From positions 32,001 through 96,000 of the IMG/VR virus record IMGVR_UViG_3300031555_004942: a stretch of DNA of 64,000 bases. One strand, written 5' to 3'. Positions 28,224 to 39,492 of the stretch are shown piece by piece (the stretch's first letter is position 1; every line of letters begins with the position of its first letter). The stretch is from a virus (Duplodnaviria; Caudoviricetes). The notes beneath the pieces are model-generated. The model worked only from the letters and a program-made list of their open reading frames with translations, was not told the DNA's origin and ran no database searches. Made by a program: the position numbers and the translations under genes.

Positions 28224-30537
28224 TGTTATTTTTAATAAGACAGATTATGAGATTTCTCAAAGAAAAATTGATATGTTTGAAAAATATAATAAAGTTATTC
28301 AATGGGGACGTAGAGAACCAGTTAAATTTATGGAAAAATTTTTTGGACTTCAGTTTACAGACCATCAGAGATATGTATTGTTATCTACATGGAATGCTAC
28401 ATACGCAGTATGGCTTATGTCGAGAAATAGTGGCAAAGCTTGTGAACTTTCAACAAAAATATGGACACCAGATAATAATTTTTTGTGCATGAACGACATA
28501 CATGTAGGAGATTATGTTTTAGATTATGAAGGCAATCCAACAAAGGTAATAGCTGAAAGTGAAATATTTATGAATGATACATATGATGTATATTTTTCTG
28601 ATGGAGATATTGTTACAGTAAATGATAATCATACATGGTGGATAGGGATAGATGATATTAATTCATTTATACTATGTGATACAAAAAATTTATATGAAAT
28701 TCTAAAAGATGAAAAACATATAATTTTTAATATAGATAAAAAAAGAATTATAGGTGTAAAAAGAGTTCCGACAGCTCCTACTAAATGTATTGAGGTTGAT
28801 AATGAAACTCATACATATTTATGTGGAGAAAAAAAAACAGCTACTCATAATTCATATCTTTCAGCACCATATATGATGGCAAGAAGTATTTTAATACCAA
28901 ATCATAAAAGTTACATAATGTGTCCGTCTGGTAATCAGGCACAACAAACATTTAGTAAAATAGAAGACTTAGCTAAAAATAAAATTGCTTCTGTACAAGG
29001 TGCAACATCTGTATTCATTAATGAATTAATGAAGGCTAACTCTGGAACTGATGGATTTGTTCATGATAAACATTCTCATTATTGTGAATTATTTAATGGT
29101 AGTTCAATTAGTACTTTGAATAGTATTGCAAAAAATGTTGTGGGTTTTCGTTCTCATCTTAATTTTTATGATGAGGCAGGAAAAGTCGAAAGAGATTTCT
29201 TTGATTTAACAGAACCATTCTGTACTCAGGATAGAGACTTTATAACTGGTGCTAATTTTAATATAAAGTGTATGCCAAAACAAATGCCTAACCAAATGAT
29301 TTATGCAAGTTCTGCAGAAGGTGTTGATAGTAGACTATATGATATTTATAAAGAGAGTGCTTTAAGAATGATTGGTGGAGATATGTCATATTTTTGTTGT
29401 GATATAACTTGTGAATTAAGTCTACATCCATATTTAGATGGTAAACCTTATAGACCATTGTTATCACAAGATGTAATTGATAATGCCTTAAAAATGAATG
29501 AATTTAGGGCAAATCGTGAATATTTCAATAAATTTGATTTATCTGGGGGACAAGATGCATTAGTAAAAAGAACAACTATTATAGCAAATAGTTATGCATA
29601 TCATCCTATCTATAGGAATGATACTAATGAACGTATCTTTTTAATTGCATATGACCCTGCTACAAAGATAGATAACAGTATGATTGGTATAGCAGAACTT
29701 ATAGAGGATGCTGAAAAAGGATTAATGTTAAAAATGGCTAATTTAATTAATTTAATAGAAATTTTGCCGAATGGTGACAAGAAAACTATTCAGAAACCAG
29801 AACAGGTAGAAATATTAAAATCTTTAATTTTAAAATATAATGGACAAGTTCCTGATTATGAAAATCTTAGTTCTTTAACAATAGATGCAGGTTCTGGAGG
29901 AGGAGGTTTTGATATTGCTCAATATCTACTTCGAGATTGGACAGGACCTGATGGAAGAAAACATATTGGTTTTATTGATTTAAATGATAAATATTTAAAA
30001 TTAGAAAGAGATAAATTTCCAGGAGCTTCAGATAAATTAACCATGGCTAATTTTACAGGACAAAAAGTAGAAATGTATCAAGCTTGTCAAGATATGATAA
30101 ACCAAGGATTAGTAATGTTTCCAAAAAGTTTAAATTTAAAATTAGAAATGGAATTTGAAGAAGTTAAAGAAGATGGAACTGTTAATATTACTTGTGAAAG
30201 AATGAGTTCTGAAGAGGTAAAAACAATAGTGGAATTTGATATGATGAAAGAAGAACTTGTTGCTATGCAAAAAATTAAACAAGGAAATAATATAAAATTT
30301 GATTTATTGCCAAGTAAAAAAGCAGAATCTATGCATGATGACCGCAGTGACGTATGTGCTATGCTCTGTTGGCAATTATCAAAATTAAGAAAAAATGAAT
30401 TATTAAATGTAGAAACAAAAACAGATGGATTTCAAAAATTATTTAATCATGGATTTAAAAAACAATCAACTCCATTTGATTCTCAAACAAATCCTTTTTT
30501 AAATGACAGTAAAAGAAATCCATTTTTAATGAGGTAG
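28216..30537 (+). CDS. terL: terminase large subunit containing an intein
   Basis: Walker A SRNSGK|S (split by intein), Walker B FYDEAG, ASSA, AYDPA, HDDRSD. Confidence 0.9.
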   Translation: MINVIFNKTDYEISQRKIDMFEKYNKVIQWGRREPVKFMEKFFGLQFTDHQRYVLLSTWNATYAVWLMSRNSGKACELSTKIWTPDNNFLCMNDIHVGDYVLDYEGNPTKVIAESEIFMNDTYDVYFSDGDIVTVNDNHTWWIGIDDINSFILCDTKNLYEILKDEKHIIFNIDKKRIIGVKRVPTAPTKCIEVDNETHTYLCGEKKTATHNSYLSAPYMMARSILIPNHKSYIMCPSGNQAQQTFSKIEDLAKNKIASVQGATSVFINELMKANSGTDGFVHDKHSHYCELFNGSSISTLNSIAKNVVGFRSHLNFYDEAGKVERDFFDLTEPFCTQDRDFITGANFNIKCMPKQMPNQMIYASSAEGVDSRLYDIYKESALRMIGGDMSYFCCDITCELSLHPYLDGKPYRPLLSQDVIDNALKMNEFRANREYFNKFDLSGGQDALVKRTTIIANSYAYHPIYRNDTNERIFLIAYDPATKIDNSMIGIAELIEDAEKGLMLKMANLINLIEILPNGDKKTIQKPEQVEILKSLILKYNGQVPDYENLSSLTIDAGSGGGGFDIAQYLLRDWTGPDGRKHIGFIDLNDKYLKLERDKFPGASDKLTMANFTGQKVEMYQACQDMINQGLVMFPKSLNLKLEMEFEEVKEDGTVNITCERMSSEEVKTIVEFDMMKEELVAMQKIKQGNNIKFDLLPSKKAESMHDDRSDVCAMLCWQLSKLRKNELLNVETKTDGFQKLFNHGFKKQSTPFDSQTNPFLNDSKRNPFLMR
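28438..28851 (+). mobile_element. 138-aa class 3 mini-intein in the TerL Walker A motif
   Basis: Ala1 start, block B HTW, block F TKCIEV, terminal THN followed by Ser; no endonuclease domain. Confidence 0.85.
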
Positions 30538-30541
30538 TAAT

Positions 30542-30901
30542 ATGATATATAAAATTATAATGGAATTTAAGGATTTAGATATTTTGATTAATAAATTATC
30601 TAAAGACTTTAATATTTTATTTTATAACAATTGTTTATACATATGTTCAAAAAATTTTAAAAAAAAATCTTTAAAGACAATCAAGAGTATTTTAAAAACA
30701 GATAATGTTTTTTTAGTAGATATTAATGAAAGTAATTTGAAGAATGAAAGTGATTACATTCAAAGCTGGTGTAAAAATTATTTCATAGAAAAAGACATTA
30801 AAGAGTTTGAACAAAAAGAACAAGAATTATTAAAACAATATATGTTATGTTTAGATGATTGTGAAAAACAAATTCAAGAAATGATAAAGAAAGGAGGATA
30901 A
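30542..30901 (+). CDS. hypothetical protein
   Basis: 119-aa ORF between terL and portal. Confidence 0.65.
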   Translation: MIYKIIMEFKDLDILINKLSKDFNILFYNNCLYICSKNFKKKSLKTIKSILKTDNVFLVDINESNLKNESDYIQSWCKNYFIEKDIKEFEQKEQELLKQYMLCLDDCEKQIQEMIKKGG

Positions 30902-30904
30902 AAT

Positions 30905-32785
30905 ATGGAAAAGACAAAAGGTAGACCAACTATTGAAAAAGATACTACTAATGAAGAAAAAAAAGAAGTATTAATGGAGAAAATATCTGTTCAAGAACCA
31001 TATATAAGAATGTCTCAGATGTTTTCACAATATCAACAACAAGGACTTAATAGTAGTCAATTTTTAACAGCATTAGGTTCATCTTTTAAAAATAATCCAT
31101 TTATACAAAATTCTCGATTAAAAAGAATTAATTCTCCTATAACATCAACAAATAAAAGCGAATTAGATAAAGCGATTAAAATTCCTGAAAATAATGAAGA
31201 TCTTTTTTGTTCTGAATCTCAAAGTTTGTATTTTCAGAATTATGTATATAGTAATTTATTAAAAATTAATCGTGAAACACCTCAATATTTTTATTATGCT
31301 ATTCCTGTTGATGTATCATCTAAAGATTGTGTCAAAGATGATTTTAAAAAAGAAATGCATCTTGTGAATGAATTATTAGATAAACTTAACATTCGTAAAG
31401 TAGGTAAAGATATTGCTATGGATATAAGTTTGGAAGGAAAAAGGTCTTATATTTTTAGACATAGTTGTTCAAAAAATAAAGGACAAGTTGATTTTGCTTT
31501 ATTTCAAAAAATACCATCTCGTTGGATTAAATATACAAATATAGGAAGCACAACAGATTATGTAACATCTTTAGATTTTATGATGTTTTTACAACCAGGG
31601 GAATCATTGGATTTTTATCCACCATTCTTTACAGAAATTTGGAATGAATTAATTGAAAATGAAATTTTTGTAGATGATAAACAAGGAAATAAAACTTTAA
31701 ATATAAATGCTATTAATAATAATCAAAGGAATGATATTTTAGAATATGCGAATGGTAGATACATGTATTGGGTACAATTACCACAAAATGAAGTATTTGA
31801 ATTTGGTTCAGATAATAGCCACACATTAAGACTTCCTGAATATATGGGGTTATTTAGTGATTTAAGGGGATTAGATGATTATAAATGGCTTCAAAATCAA
31901 TTATTATCTAGATCTGTAAATAGTGTTATGGTTGGTACAGTTCCACTTATAAAAGATCATAATCTTGCAGGAGGAGATCAAACAGCTATTTCTATGGATT
32001 CAATTATTGGTTTTAGTGATATGTTTACCAATGCTGTTAGTAGTAACATTATGCCATTCTTTGCTCCATTTACAGATTATAAATTATTATCTTTACCATC
32101 TCCTCCAGATGCTAAAGAAATCAATAATACAGCATTAAAAAATTTAATTAACACGTCAGGTATGGGTGCATTGATTTCTACCACTGATAAACCTAGTATT
32201 ATTAGTGTAAAAACAGCTCAAAAATTAGCAGAAGCTAAATCTGAGTATATAATGTTACAAATACAAGATTGTTTAAATTATATTGTTAATAATAAATTAG
32301 GATTAAAATATAAATTTAAAATTACTTTATGGGGTGGATTGTTTAATGCTGAAAATGATATTAAAATAATGAAAGAAATGGCAATTGCAGGATATACTGC
32401 TGTTATTCCTCGTTTAATGAGTGGGTTTAATTTAAATATGGAGGATTGTGTTTCTATTGGGAATTATTTAGAGTCTATAGATTTTTATAAACATTGTAAA
32501 TCTATGGCTTCTTTAGGTAAAGAAGATGAAAAAATAGGAGAAACAAAAAAAGTAGGAAGAAAACCAGTTGGTAATGATTTAGAAAATGATAATACAGAAA
32601 TTTCTATATCTCAGGGAAATAACGTTTCTGATATAAAAGAATTTTCAGGTATTTCTCGTTGTTTAAAATGTGGAGAACCTGTTGAAAATGGAGAGTTTTT
32701 GTGTGATGATTGTTTAGAAGAGGAATATGAAATAAGATTACAAGAAGTAATGTCTTTTATTAAACAAGATAATATACAAGGATAA
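30905..32785 (+). CDS. putative portal protein with C-terminal Zn ribbon
   Basis: Size and position after terL; GRKP tail; CLKC..CDDC. Confidence 0.7.
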   Translation: MEKTKGRPTIEKDTTNEEKKEVLMEKISVQEPYIRMSQMFSQYQQQGLNSSQFLTALGSSFKNNPFIQNSRLKRINSPITSTNKSELDKAIKIPENNEDLFCSESQSLYFQNYVYSNLLKINRETPQYFYYAIPVDVSSKDCVKDDFKKEMHLVNELLDKLNIRKVGKDIAMDISLEGKRSYIFRHSCSKNKGQVDFALFQKIPSRWIKYTNIGSTTDYVTSLDFMMFLQPGESLDFYPPFFTEIWNELIENEIFVDDKQGNKTLNINAINNNQRNDILEYANGRYMYWVQLPQNEVFEFGSDNSHTLRLPEYMGLFSDLRGLDDYKWLQNQLLSRSVNSVMVGTVPLIKDHNLAGGDQTAISMDSIIGFSDMFTNAVSSNIMPFFAPFTDYKLLSLPSPPDAKEINNTALKNLINTSGMGALISTTDKPSIISVKTAQKLAEAKSEYIMLQIQDCLNYIVNNKLGLKYKFKITLWGGLFNAENDIKIMKEMAIAGYTAVIPRLMSGFNLNMEDCVSIGNYLESIDFYKHCKSMASLGKEDEKIGETKKVGRKPVGNDLENDNTEISISQGNNVSDIKEFSGISRCLKCGEPVENGEFLCDDCLEEEYEIRLQEVMSFIKQDNIQG

Positions 32786-32801
32786 AAAAAGGGGAATAAA
32801 A

Positions 32802-32960
32802 ATGAATAAAGGAAAAAAAGAAAAAGAAAAAATATGTAATCATAATCCTAAAGATGTAAAAACAACGTTAAAAAAAATAGAACGAAAAACTATGGTTTTT
32901 CCTGCTGTTGATGAGTATTGTTGTAAAACATGCCATGAGTTTTTTGTTTTTGAAAAATGA
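32802..32960 (+). CDS. 52-aa Cys/His-containing small protein
   Basis: Manual translation; GGGG RBS; CNH...CCKTCH. Confidence 0.5.
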   Translation: MNKGKKEKEKICNHNPKDVKTTLKKIERKTMVFPAVDEYCCKTCHEFFVFEK

Positions 32961-33027
32961 TATGATTATATGTTTCACTCTTTATGTTTTATAAAGGTTA
33001 AATACTTTTAGAAAGGAGTGAATATTT

Positions 33028-33660
33028 TTGAAAGAATTAATAGCAACATTAAATTTAGATTTTCGCAGTATAATTACAACAATTTTTGTAATAATGTCAG
33101 GAGTTGTTTTTGCTTATCAACTTATTGGAAAATTTTCAGAAATTTTAGGAAAACCATTTAAATGGTATACTAGTAGAAATAAAGATCATGAAGAGTTAAA
33201 AAATTTAGTTGGAGAATTAAAAACACATAAAGAAAACAATGATAAGGTAGAAGAAGTGTTTGTTAAATTTATGAATGAGATGAAAGCAGAAATGCAAAAA
33301 TATAATGATAATAGAATTCATGATCGTCAACAATCATTTGATATTCAGAGACAACTCACATCAACTATGGATAAAATGGCTGAATCTGCAGGAAAAAATA
33401 AAGTATTAATTGATGCTTTATTAGCGGCACAGAAAGAAATGATGGCTGAAAAAATCAATGAGAAATATAAGAATTATATTGCTATGGATGGTATCCCAGA
33501 AGATGAATATGATGAATTTGTTGCTCTACACGCTGCTTATAATGGGGTTGGAGGAAATCATCATGGAGATGCTAAGTATAATTATTGTATTAATAATTTA
33601 AAAGTTAAACCAGTAGAAATTAAAGTAGTAACAAGGGAAATTAAGAAACAAGGTGAATAA
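33028..33660 (+). CDS. membrane protein (holin-like or phage DUF)
   Basis: N-terminal TM helix, coiled coil, AYNGVGGNH motif. Confidence 0.55.
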   Translation: MKELIATLNLDFRSIITTIFVIMSGVVFAYQLIGKFSEILGKPFKWYTSRNKDHEELKNLVGELKTHKENNDKVEEVFVKFMNEMKAEMQKYNDNRIHDRQQSFDIQRQLTSTMDKMAESAGKNKVLIDALLAAQKEMMAEKINEKYKNYIAMDGIPEDEYDEFVALHAAYNGVGGNHHGDAKYNYCINNLKVKPVEIKVVTREIKKQGE

Positions 33661-33972
33661 ATGATATATTTTATCACAGATACAAGGAATATAAAAATAG
33701 GATATACAAAAGGAAAAATCGAAAAAAGATTACAACAATTACAAACTAGTTGTGCTGATAATTTGTATATTTTAGGATGGATTGATGGAAATATAAAAAT
33801 GGAAAAACAATTACATGTTAAATTCAATTCAAGTAAAACAAGATCGAATGGTGAGTGGTTTTATCCCACAGAAGATTTATTAGAATATATAAATTCTAAT
33901 AATCAAAGAAATAATACATATGTAGATTTTGTAGATGGTAAATTAATGGCTTTATTAAAAATATCTACTTAA
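33661..33972 (+). CDS. GIY-YIG (T5orf172/MUG113-like) nuclease domain protein
   Basis: IYFI...IKIGYT...RL..LQT...EKQLH..F...GEWF. Confidence 0.85.
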   Translation: MIYFITDTRNIKIGYTKGKIEKRLQQLQTSCADNLYILGWIDGNIKMEKQLHVKFNSSKTRSNGEWFYPTEDLLEYINSNNQRNNTYVDFVDGKLMALLKIST

Positions 33973-34023
33973 ATCAATAATTTTTATTATTTTTTATATT
34001 ACTGAGGGGAGGTGACAGAGGTA

Positions 34024-35943
34024 ATGGCTAAAAAAACAATGTGTTTTGATTTAAGCTCTTCTTCTATAAAAATAAAAGAATTAATGCAAACAAAGGATTT
34101 TATAATGATTGAATTATGGGCAATATCTGATGAATATCCTAATAATAATAAGAGTCATTTTCCTTATAATACAATGAAATCCAATGTAAAAAATAAAGTA
34201 TTTTTTAATAAACCTATTTTGGGTAAATTTAATAATATAACATTAAATTATGAAGTTCATAATAGTCAAAATAAGTATGACCCTGAATATGATTTAGAAT
34301 ATAAAGATTATGAAAATGGTGAAAGACCATTAGGTGTTATTCGAGAAAGTGACAATGTTAGAATCGAAATAGATGAAAATGGATTGCATTGGATTGTTTT
34401 TACTGCAATTTTGTGGGTAAAATATAATTATCAGGGTGTAAAAAAAATATTAAAATCTAAGACTAGCAAAGTATCTGTCGAGGTGACTGTTACAAAGTCG
34501 CATTTAGATGAAAATAAAATAGAAATTTTTGATGAATGGATGTTTGATGGTGTAACTATTTTAGGATATAGACCTAATACAAAGATAGTTGCAAAAGAGG
34601 GAATAAATAATGCTCATTTAACAATCTTGGAGAAAATGGGACAAAGTGAATTTTCTCATCAAATTAGATCTTTGCAGTTTGCATATGATGAATTTGATAA
34701 AAATAATGATATAAAAGAGAATGATTCTCGTTTATATATAGAAAAAAATGAAGAAGAGGGGGGAATCAAATTGCTTACATATGAACAAAAAATTGGGTTG
34801 CTTCAGGAAAAATTACATTCTTTTTTAGATTTAGATAAAGAATGGGGGTATGTTTGTGACTTAGATGATAATAATGTATATTTCAGAATAGGTGATGTAA
34901 CATATCGTACATCATATTCTTTTAATGAAGATGAAACAGAATGTACTCTTGACTTTGATCAAAAAATACGTGTAATTAATACATGGAAAGATTTTGAAAC
35001 AGAAATGTCAGAATCTGAGAATGAACAACAATCATTTGAAGAAAATGAATTTAAAGAAGATTCTTGTGAAAAAGATGGTTCTAAGGAAGAAAATACGTCT
35101 GAAGAAAAAGTTGAATCAAAAGATGATTGTAATGATGACAAAAACGATAAAGATGATTGTGATGATTGCGATAATAAAGATGATGAGGAAAAAGACGTAG
35201 AAGAGAAATGTGAAAAACAAGAAAGTGAATCTAATTCTGATGGTTTTGTTTCTGAATCTGAGTTTAAAGATGATGAAGAAAAAGATGATCCTGAACAACA
35301 AGAAAATGAATCTAATTCTGATGATGAATCTGATAAAGTGAAAGAAAAAGAAGAATCGTCTGATTTAGATGGAGAAGCATTTGAAGATACAGATAACAAT
35401 GTTGAAGAATCTGAAAAAGATTCTGAAGAGAAAAATGAAGATTGTTGTGTAAAATCAACAATGGAAGCAGAACAGATGTTTGTAATAGAAGAAACACAAT
35501 GTACTGCTAATGAGGTATATGATAAATATATATCATTAAAACAAACTTTTGATAATCTTGAAAAAGATTATAATGATTTATCAGCAAAGTTTGATAATTG
35601 TCAAAAACAATGTGATGAATTTTCAAGTGAATTAAAGAAAATTGAATATGAAAAAATGAGTGTTGAAGTAAAAGAATTAGCAACTAAAGCAAAATTCTCT
35701 AAAGAGGAAATTGATGATTATGTCAATAGATGTAAAAATGGAGAATTTTCAACAATTGAAGAGGCTACTAAAGAAATTGCATATAAGGCATTTATGAATA
35801 GTGATGCTGATGATAATAATGCAAATACAGAAACACAGGTTGAATTTTCTGCAAAAGCAGATGTTCGTAAACAAGTTATATCAAATATGTCAAAGACAAA
35901 AATAAGTCCTATTGACAATTTAAAACAATATATTAATAAATAA
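34024..35943 (+). CDS. prohead protease / scaffold fusion
   Basis: Protease-like N-terminus (H; VSVE), acidic low-complexity linker and coiled coil; precedes capsid genes. Confidence 0.7.
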   Translation: MAKKTMCFDLSSSSIKIKELMQTKDFIMIELWAISDEYPNNNKSHFPYNTMKSNVKNKVFFNKPILGKFNNITLNYEVHNSQNKYDPEYDLEYKDYENGERPLGVIRESDNVRIEIDENGLHWIVFTAILWVKYNYQGVKKILKSKTSKVSVEVTVTKSHLDENKIEIFDEWMFDGVTILGYRPNTKIVAKEGINNAHLTILEKMGQSEFSHQIRSLQFAYDEFDKNNDIKENDSRLYIEKNEEEGGIKLLTYEQKIGLLQEKLHSFLDLDKEWGYVCDLDDNNVYFRIGDVTYRTSYSFNEDETECTLDFDQKIRVINTWKDFETEMSESENEQQSFEENEFKEDSCEKDGSKEENTSEEKVESKDDCNDDKNDKDDCDDCDNKDDEEKDVEEKCEKQESESNSDGFVSESEFKDDEEKDDPEQQENESNSDDESDKVKEKEESSDLDGEAFEDTDNNVEESEKDSEEKNEDCCVKSTMEAEQMFVIEETQCTANEVYDKYISLKQTFDNLEKDYNDLSAKFDNCQKQCDEFSSELKKIEYEKMSVEVKELATKAKFSKEEIDDYVNRCKNGEFSTIEEATKEIAYKAFMNSDADDNNANTETQVEFSAKADVRKQVISNMSKTKISPIDNLKQYINK

Positions 35944-35956
35944 GGAGGAATAAAAA

Positions 35957-36517
35957 ATGGCTAAGAAATTATTTTGGAAAAATCAAATGGCATCAGAAGA
36001 TGTAAATTCTCTTTTAGTAAGTGGAAGATATTATGATACTGATGGCAAAATAGCAGAAATTCATGATGGTGCAATTGTTGTAATTGGAGATTTAGAAAAT
36101 CATGCAATATATGAGGGAGTTAAAGATCTTAATGTGAGAAAGATTACAGCTCCTGAGGCAAGCACAGATGCAATTGCAATTGTTGACATTGCAAATGTAA
36201 GTGAGGGTGAAATTAAAGGTGTTGTTTACAGAGAAGGTATTAAAACTACTGATATGACACAAGAAGCAGGAGTTCCTGTTCGTGTTAGAATGCTTAAGAA
36301 AATAGATAGTTTTAATATTGGTGCAGGTAACATCGAAGGAACACCAGTTGTTGGTGAATATCTTATTCCACAAGCTGGTAGCACATTGTTAGCTCCTTCA
36401 GCTACAAAAGTAGAAGGTACAACATGTTTTAAAGTAGAAGCAAAATTAAATTTAACAGAGGGTGTTATAGATACTGATGTTAAGTATTTATGTACTGCTG
36501 TTTCTGTAGTAGAATAA
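35957..36517 (+). CDS. head decoration/stabilisation-like protein
   Basis: Position between scaffold and capsid genes; strong RBS. Confidence 0.55.
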   Translation: MAKKLFWKNQMASEDVNSLLVSGRYYDTDGKIAEIHDGAIVVIGDLENHAIYEGVKDLNVRKITAPEASTDAIAIVDIANVSEGEIKGVVYREGIKTTDMTQEAGVPVRVRMLKKIDSFNIGAGNIEGTPVVGEYLIPQAGSTLLAPSATKVEGTTCFKVEAKLNLTEGVIDTDVKYLCTAVSVVE

Positions 36518-36535
36518 TAAAGGAGGTAGAATATA

Positions 36536-37642
36536 ATGAGTAGATTATTTACATACAATAATGAGGGTCAAAATAAAACTTTAGATGATATTGTTAGCGT
36601 TTTTTCATCTCTTGTAGAACAGAGAGCATCTAAAGATTTTGTCAACAATGATGATTATAAAGAAGCTAATAGAGTATTTAGTGAATCTTTAATTAAATTT
36701 GTTTTTGAGCAAAATAATCAAGAATTTGAAAGTCTTGATTGTTTGAAAAATCCTATGATAACAGGTAGAACTTCTTTTAAAGAAACTTTCGATACTGTTA
36801 TTGCTCAAATGATTACACCAGTTATGCCAAAATTAACATCTGAAAGATATAATACTCTTTATGATGTAGCACAAGTTGGTTTTGGTGATAATGCGAAATA
36901 TGAAGTTGAGTCTAATGAGTTATTTATTATCAATGAATTTGCTGAAGGTATAGCTCGTGGTGGAATTCAAACACTTTACAACGAAGAATACACTGTAAAA
37001 GCAACAAAGAGAACAGTTACAGTTGGTGTTGACTGGTTTCATGTTGCAAGTAATAAACATGACTGGGGAAGATGGGGCATGAAGATTGCTAAATCTTTTG
37101 AGGCTTATATTAATGCTGCTGTTATTAAAGCTCTTACAAATGTAATAGCTACAGAAGATAATATGAAAGCACATGGTATTGGTGGATACTATGCAAATGG
37201 TATTGATGATACTAACTGGTTGACTGTTTCTAAGAACGTATCTCTTGCAAATGGTGGTGTTCCAGTATATGCTCTTGGAACAAATATTGCTTTATCAGAA
37301 GTGCTTCCAGAAGCAACAGAAGGTTTCAGATTTAATAGTAATGATGATGTTGTAGTAACAGGTTATCTTCCACATTATAAAAAAGTACCTCTTATTGAGA
37401 TTGATAATGCTTTAGTTCCTAACACAATTAATAATACTCCAAAATCAATTGTAAGTGATGATTATATTTATATGATTGCTATGGGTTCACATAAACCTGT
37501 AAAAGTTGTATTTGAGGGTAATACTGTAAGTGTGCATAACGATGCATCAGAAACAAAAGATAGAACATATGCATTAACAATTGATATGTGGATTGGTATT
37601 GATGTAATTGTAGGTTCAAAATTCGGTGTAATTTTGAAATAA
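36536..37642 (+). CDS. major capsid protein
   Basis: 368 aa; canonical position; codon usage typical of high expression. Confidence 0.75.
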   Translation: MSRLFTYNNEGQNKTLDDIVSVFSSLVEQRASKDFVNNDDYKEANRVFSESLIKFVFEQNNQEFESLDCLKNPMITGRTSFKETFDTVIAQMITPVMPKLTSERYNTLYDVAQVGFGDNAKYEVESNELFIINEFAEGIARGGIQTLYNEEYTVKATKRTVTVGVDWFHVASNKHDWGRWGMKIAKSFEAYINAAVIKALTNVIATEDNMKAHGIGGYYANGIDDTNWLTVSKNVSLANGGVPVYALGTNIALSEVLPEATEGFRFNSNDDVVVTGYLPHYKKVPLIEIDNALVPNTINNTPKSIVSDDYIYMIAMGSHKPVKVVFEGNTVSVHNDASETKDRTYALTIDMWIGIDVIVGSKFGVILK

Positions 37643-37685
37643 TTTTAATAAGTATTTAAAGGTTTTTAAAGGAGGACAATAAAAT

Positions 37686-38444
37686 ATGGCAAACACAAAG
37701 AAAACTACTAAAGTAGAAGCAACTGAAAAAGTCAATGAAGTACCATCTCAAGATATTAGTAAAATTCTTGAGATGGTCCAAGTCATGCAAGAACAACTTA
37801 GTTCTTTACAAGCAGAAAATCAAAAATTGAAAGAAGATATTGAGAATACTCATCATTTAGAAATAGAAGAAGGTGTTATTGTAGATAGTGTAGCTCCTGT
37901 TGTTGAAGTTATGGATTCTACTTCTTCTAAAATAGTTGTATATCATATGCAGGAATTGATGGGTAATTTAGGGACAGTAATTAAGCTCACTAACGCAAAG
38001 AGAAGACCTACTAAGATGGGGCAACGTATGACTTTTAATTTAGATGAGTTTGAAGAGCTTATTGATGTATATAGAAATTATTTCGATAAAGGAATCTTAG
38101 CATTAGATGCAGCTCATTTAAATTATGCAGAAATGTACGATTTGCCTATTTATGATTCAAAAACAAAAGCTCAATATAATTCAAAAATTTTAAAAGATGT
38201 AGTGTCTTATAATTATGAACAACTACAAAAATTTTATAATAATTTATCAGAAAATAATAAGAGTGCTTTTTTAACCTATTGGTTAGGACAAGTTTATGAG
38301 AAGAAAGATGGTTATTATAATATGGAAAAAATGAGATGGTTGAATACTATTTCTAACACACAAACATTTGGAGCGATTCTTACAGAGATGGAAAATGCGG
38401 AGCGTAGAAAAGTTAATACAAGAATTGATGCAGATAAAATTTAA
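37686..38444 (+). CDS. head-associated hypothetical protein
   Basis: Follows capsid gene; N-terminal coiled coil. Confidence 0.55.
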   Translation: MANTKKTTKVEATEKVNEVPSQDISKILEMVQVMQEQLSSLQAENQKLKEDIENTHHLEIEEGVIVDSVAPVVEVMDSTSSKIVVYHMQELMGNLGTVIKLTNAKRRPTKMGQRMTFNLDEFEELIDVYRNYFDKGILALDAAHLNYAEMYDLPIYDSKTKAQYNSKILKDVVSYNYEQLQKFYNNLSENNKSAFLTYWLGQVYEKKDGYYNMEKMRWLNTISNTQTFGAILTEMENAERRKVNTRIDADKI

Positions 38445-38470
38445 TAAAATATTAGAGAGGAGAGGTAAAA

Positions 38471-39166
38471 ATGATTTTTTTTAATGAAATATATAAGCAA
38501 GCTATAAGTTTATTTGATGATCCTGATATAACTATGGCTTATGATAATAATAAGATACAATTTTATAAAATGATGTATCCTTTTTTAAATTCATCATTAT
38601 CATTATTTACTAACCCCTCTATGATAGGTAGAATGCTGTCCGATTATATAGAGCCAAAAGGAACTATGGAGATTTTTGAATCAGATGGAAAAACAAATGA
38701 ATTTGAATTATCTTTTACTCCTGAATATAATTGTTTATTTGATTGTTTAGCTGATGGTAAAAAAATTGATTATACATATGATAATAAATCAAATAAAATT
38801 ATATTTTCAGAAATAATTGATATAGGTAAAATATATAGTGTTGAATGTTATTCTATAGGTTATTTTAATACATCATTAAATGTTACTAACAATAATAGTA
38901 TAGACAAAGACATAAAAAACAAAACTATAAGTATTTTAGCTAGGTTATTGGTTTTAGCATGGGGAGAAAAAACAAAAAATTTTTTATTAGACATTGAAAA
39001 TATTTTGACGGATACTGATTTTAGTTTACATCCTGCAAGCAATGCGTTAAATTCAAAAATTGCTTTTGTGAAACAAATTACAGAAGAAACGTACCAACTT
39101 CAAAATAAATTAAGTCATATTATTCGATTTGCCAGCAATGCAGATTGGGGAAGGAGGTACAACTAA
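38471..39166 (+). CDS. putative head-tail adaptor
   Basis: Position; ILARLL..AW...L...DF...PAS pattern. Confidence 0.5.
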   Translation: MIFFNEIYKQAISLFDDPDITMAYDNNKIQFYKMMYPFLNSSLSLFTNPSMIGRMLSDYIEPKGTMEIFESDGKTNEFELSFTPEYNCLFDCLADGKKIDYTYDNKSNKIIFSEIIDIGKIYSVECYSIGYFNTSLNVTNNNSIDKDIKNKTISILARLLVLAWGEKTKNFLLDIENILTDTDFSLHPASNALNSKIAFVKQITEETYQLQNKLSHIIRFASNADWGRRYN

Positions 39167-39492
39167 TGGATTTTAAATTAAAAGTTGAGCTTACAAAAGA
39201 AGAAAAAGATATTTGTTTAAAAGATATTAGACGTAGAATTGTTCGTAGTATATATGTATATGAACAGTCGTTTATAGAAGATAGTGGTTATGATTATAAA
39301 ATTTATGTTCATAGTCTTATGTTGTATATATCAAGTTCTAATTATTTATTTGATGGAGAATTAGTTAGTTTAATTGTATATTTAAATAGTATTTTATTAA
39401 ATGATTTTGATAAAAAACAATTTAAGAAGATAATATTTGAATGTAAAAACTATATTGATTATCTATTAAAAGAAGGTGAATCCAATGGGTAA
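39166..39492 (+). CDS. hypothetical protein
   Basis: ATG 39166 after AAGGAGG. Confidence 0.6.
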   Translation: MDFKLKVELTKEEKDICLKDIRRRIVRSIYVYEQSFIEDSGYDYKIYVHSLMLYISSSNYLFDGELVSLIVYLNSILLNDFDKKQFKKIIFECKNYIDYLLKEGESNG

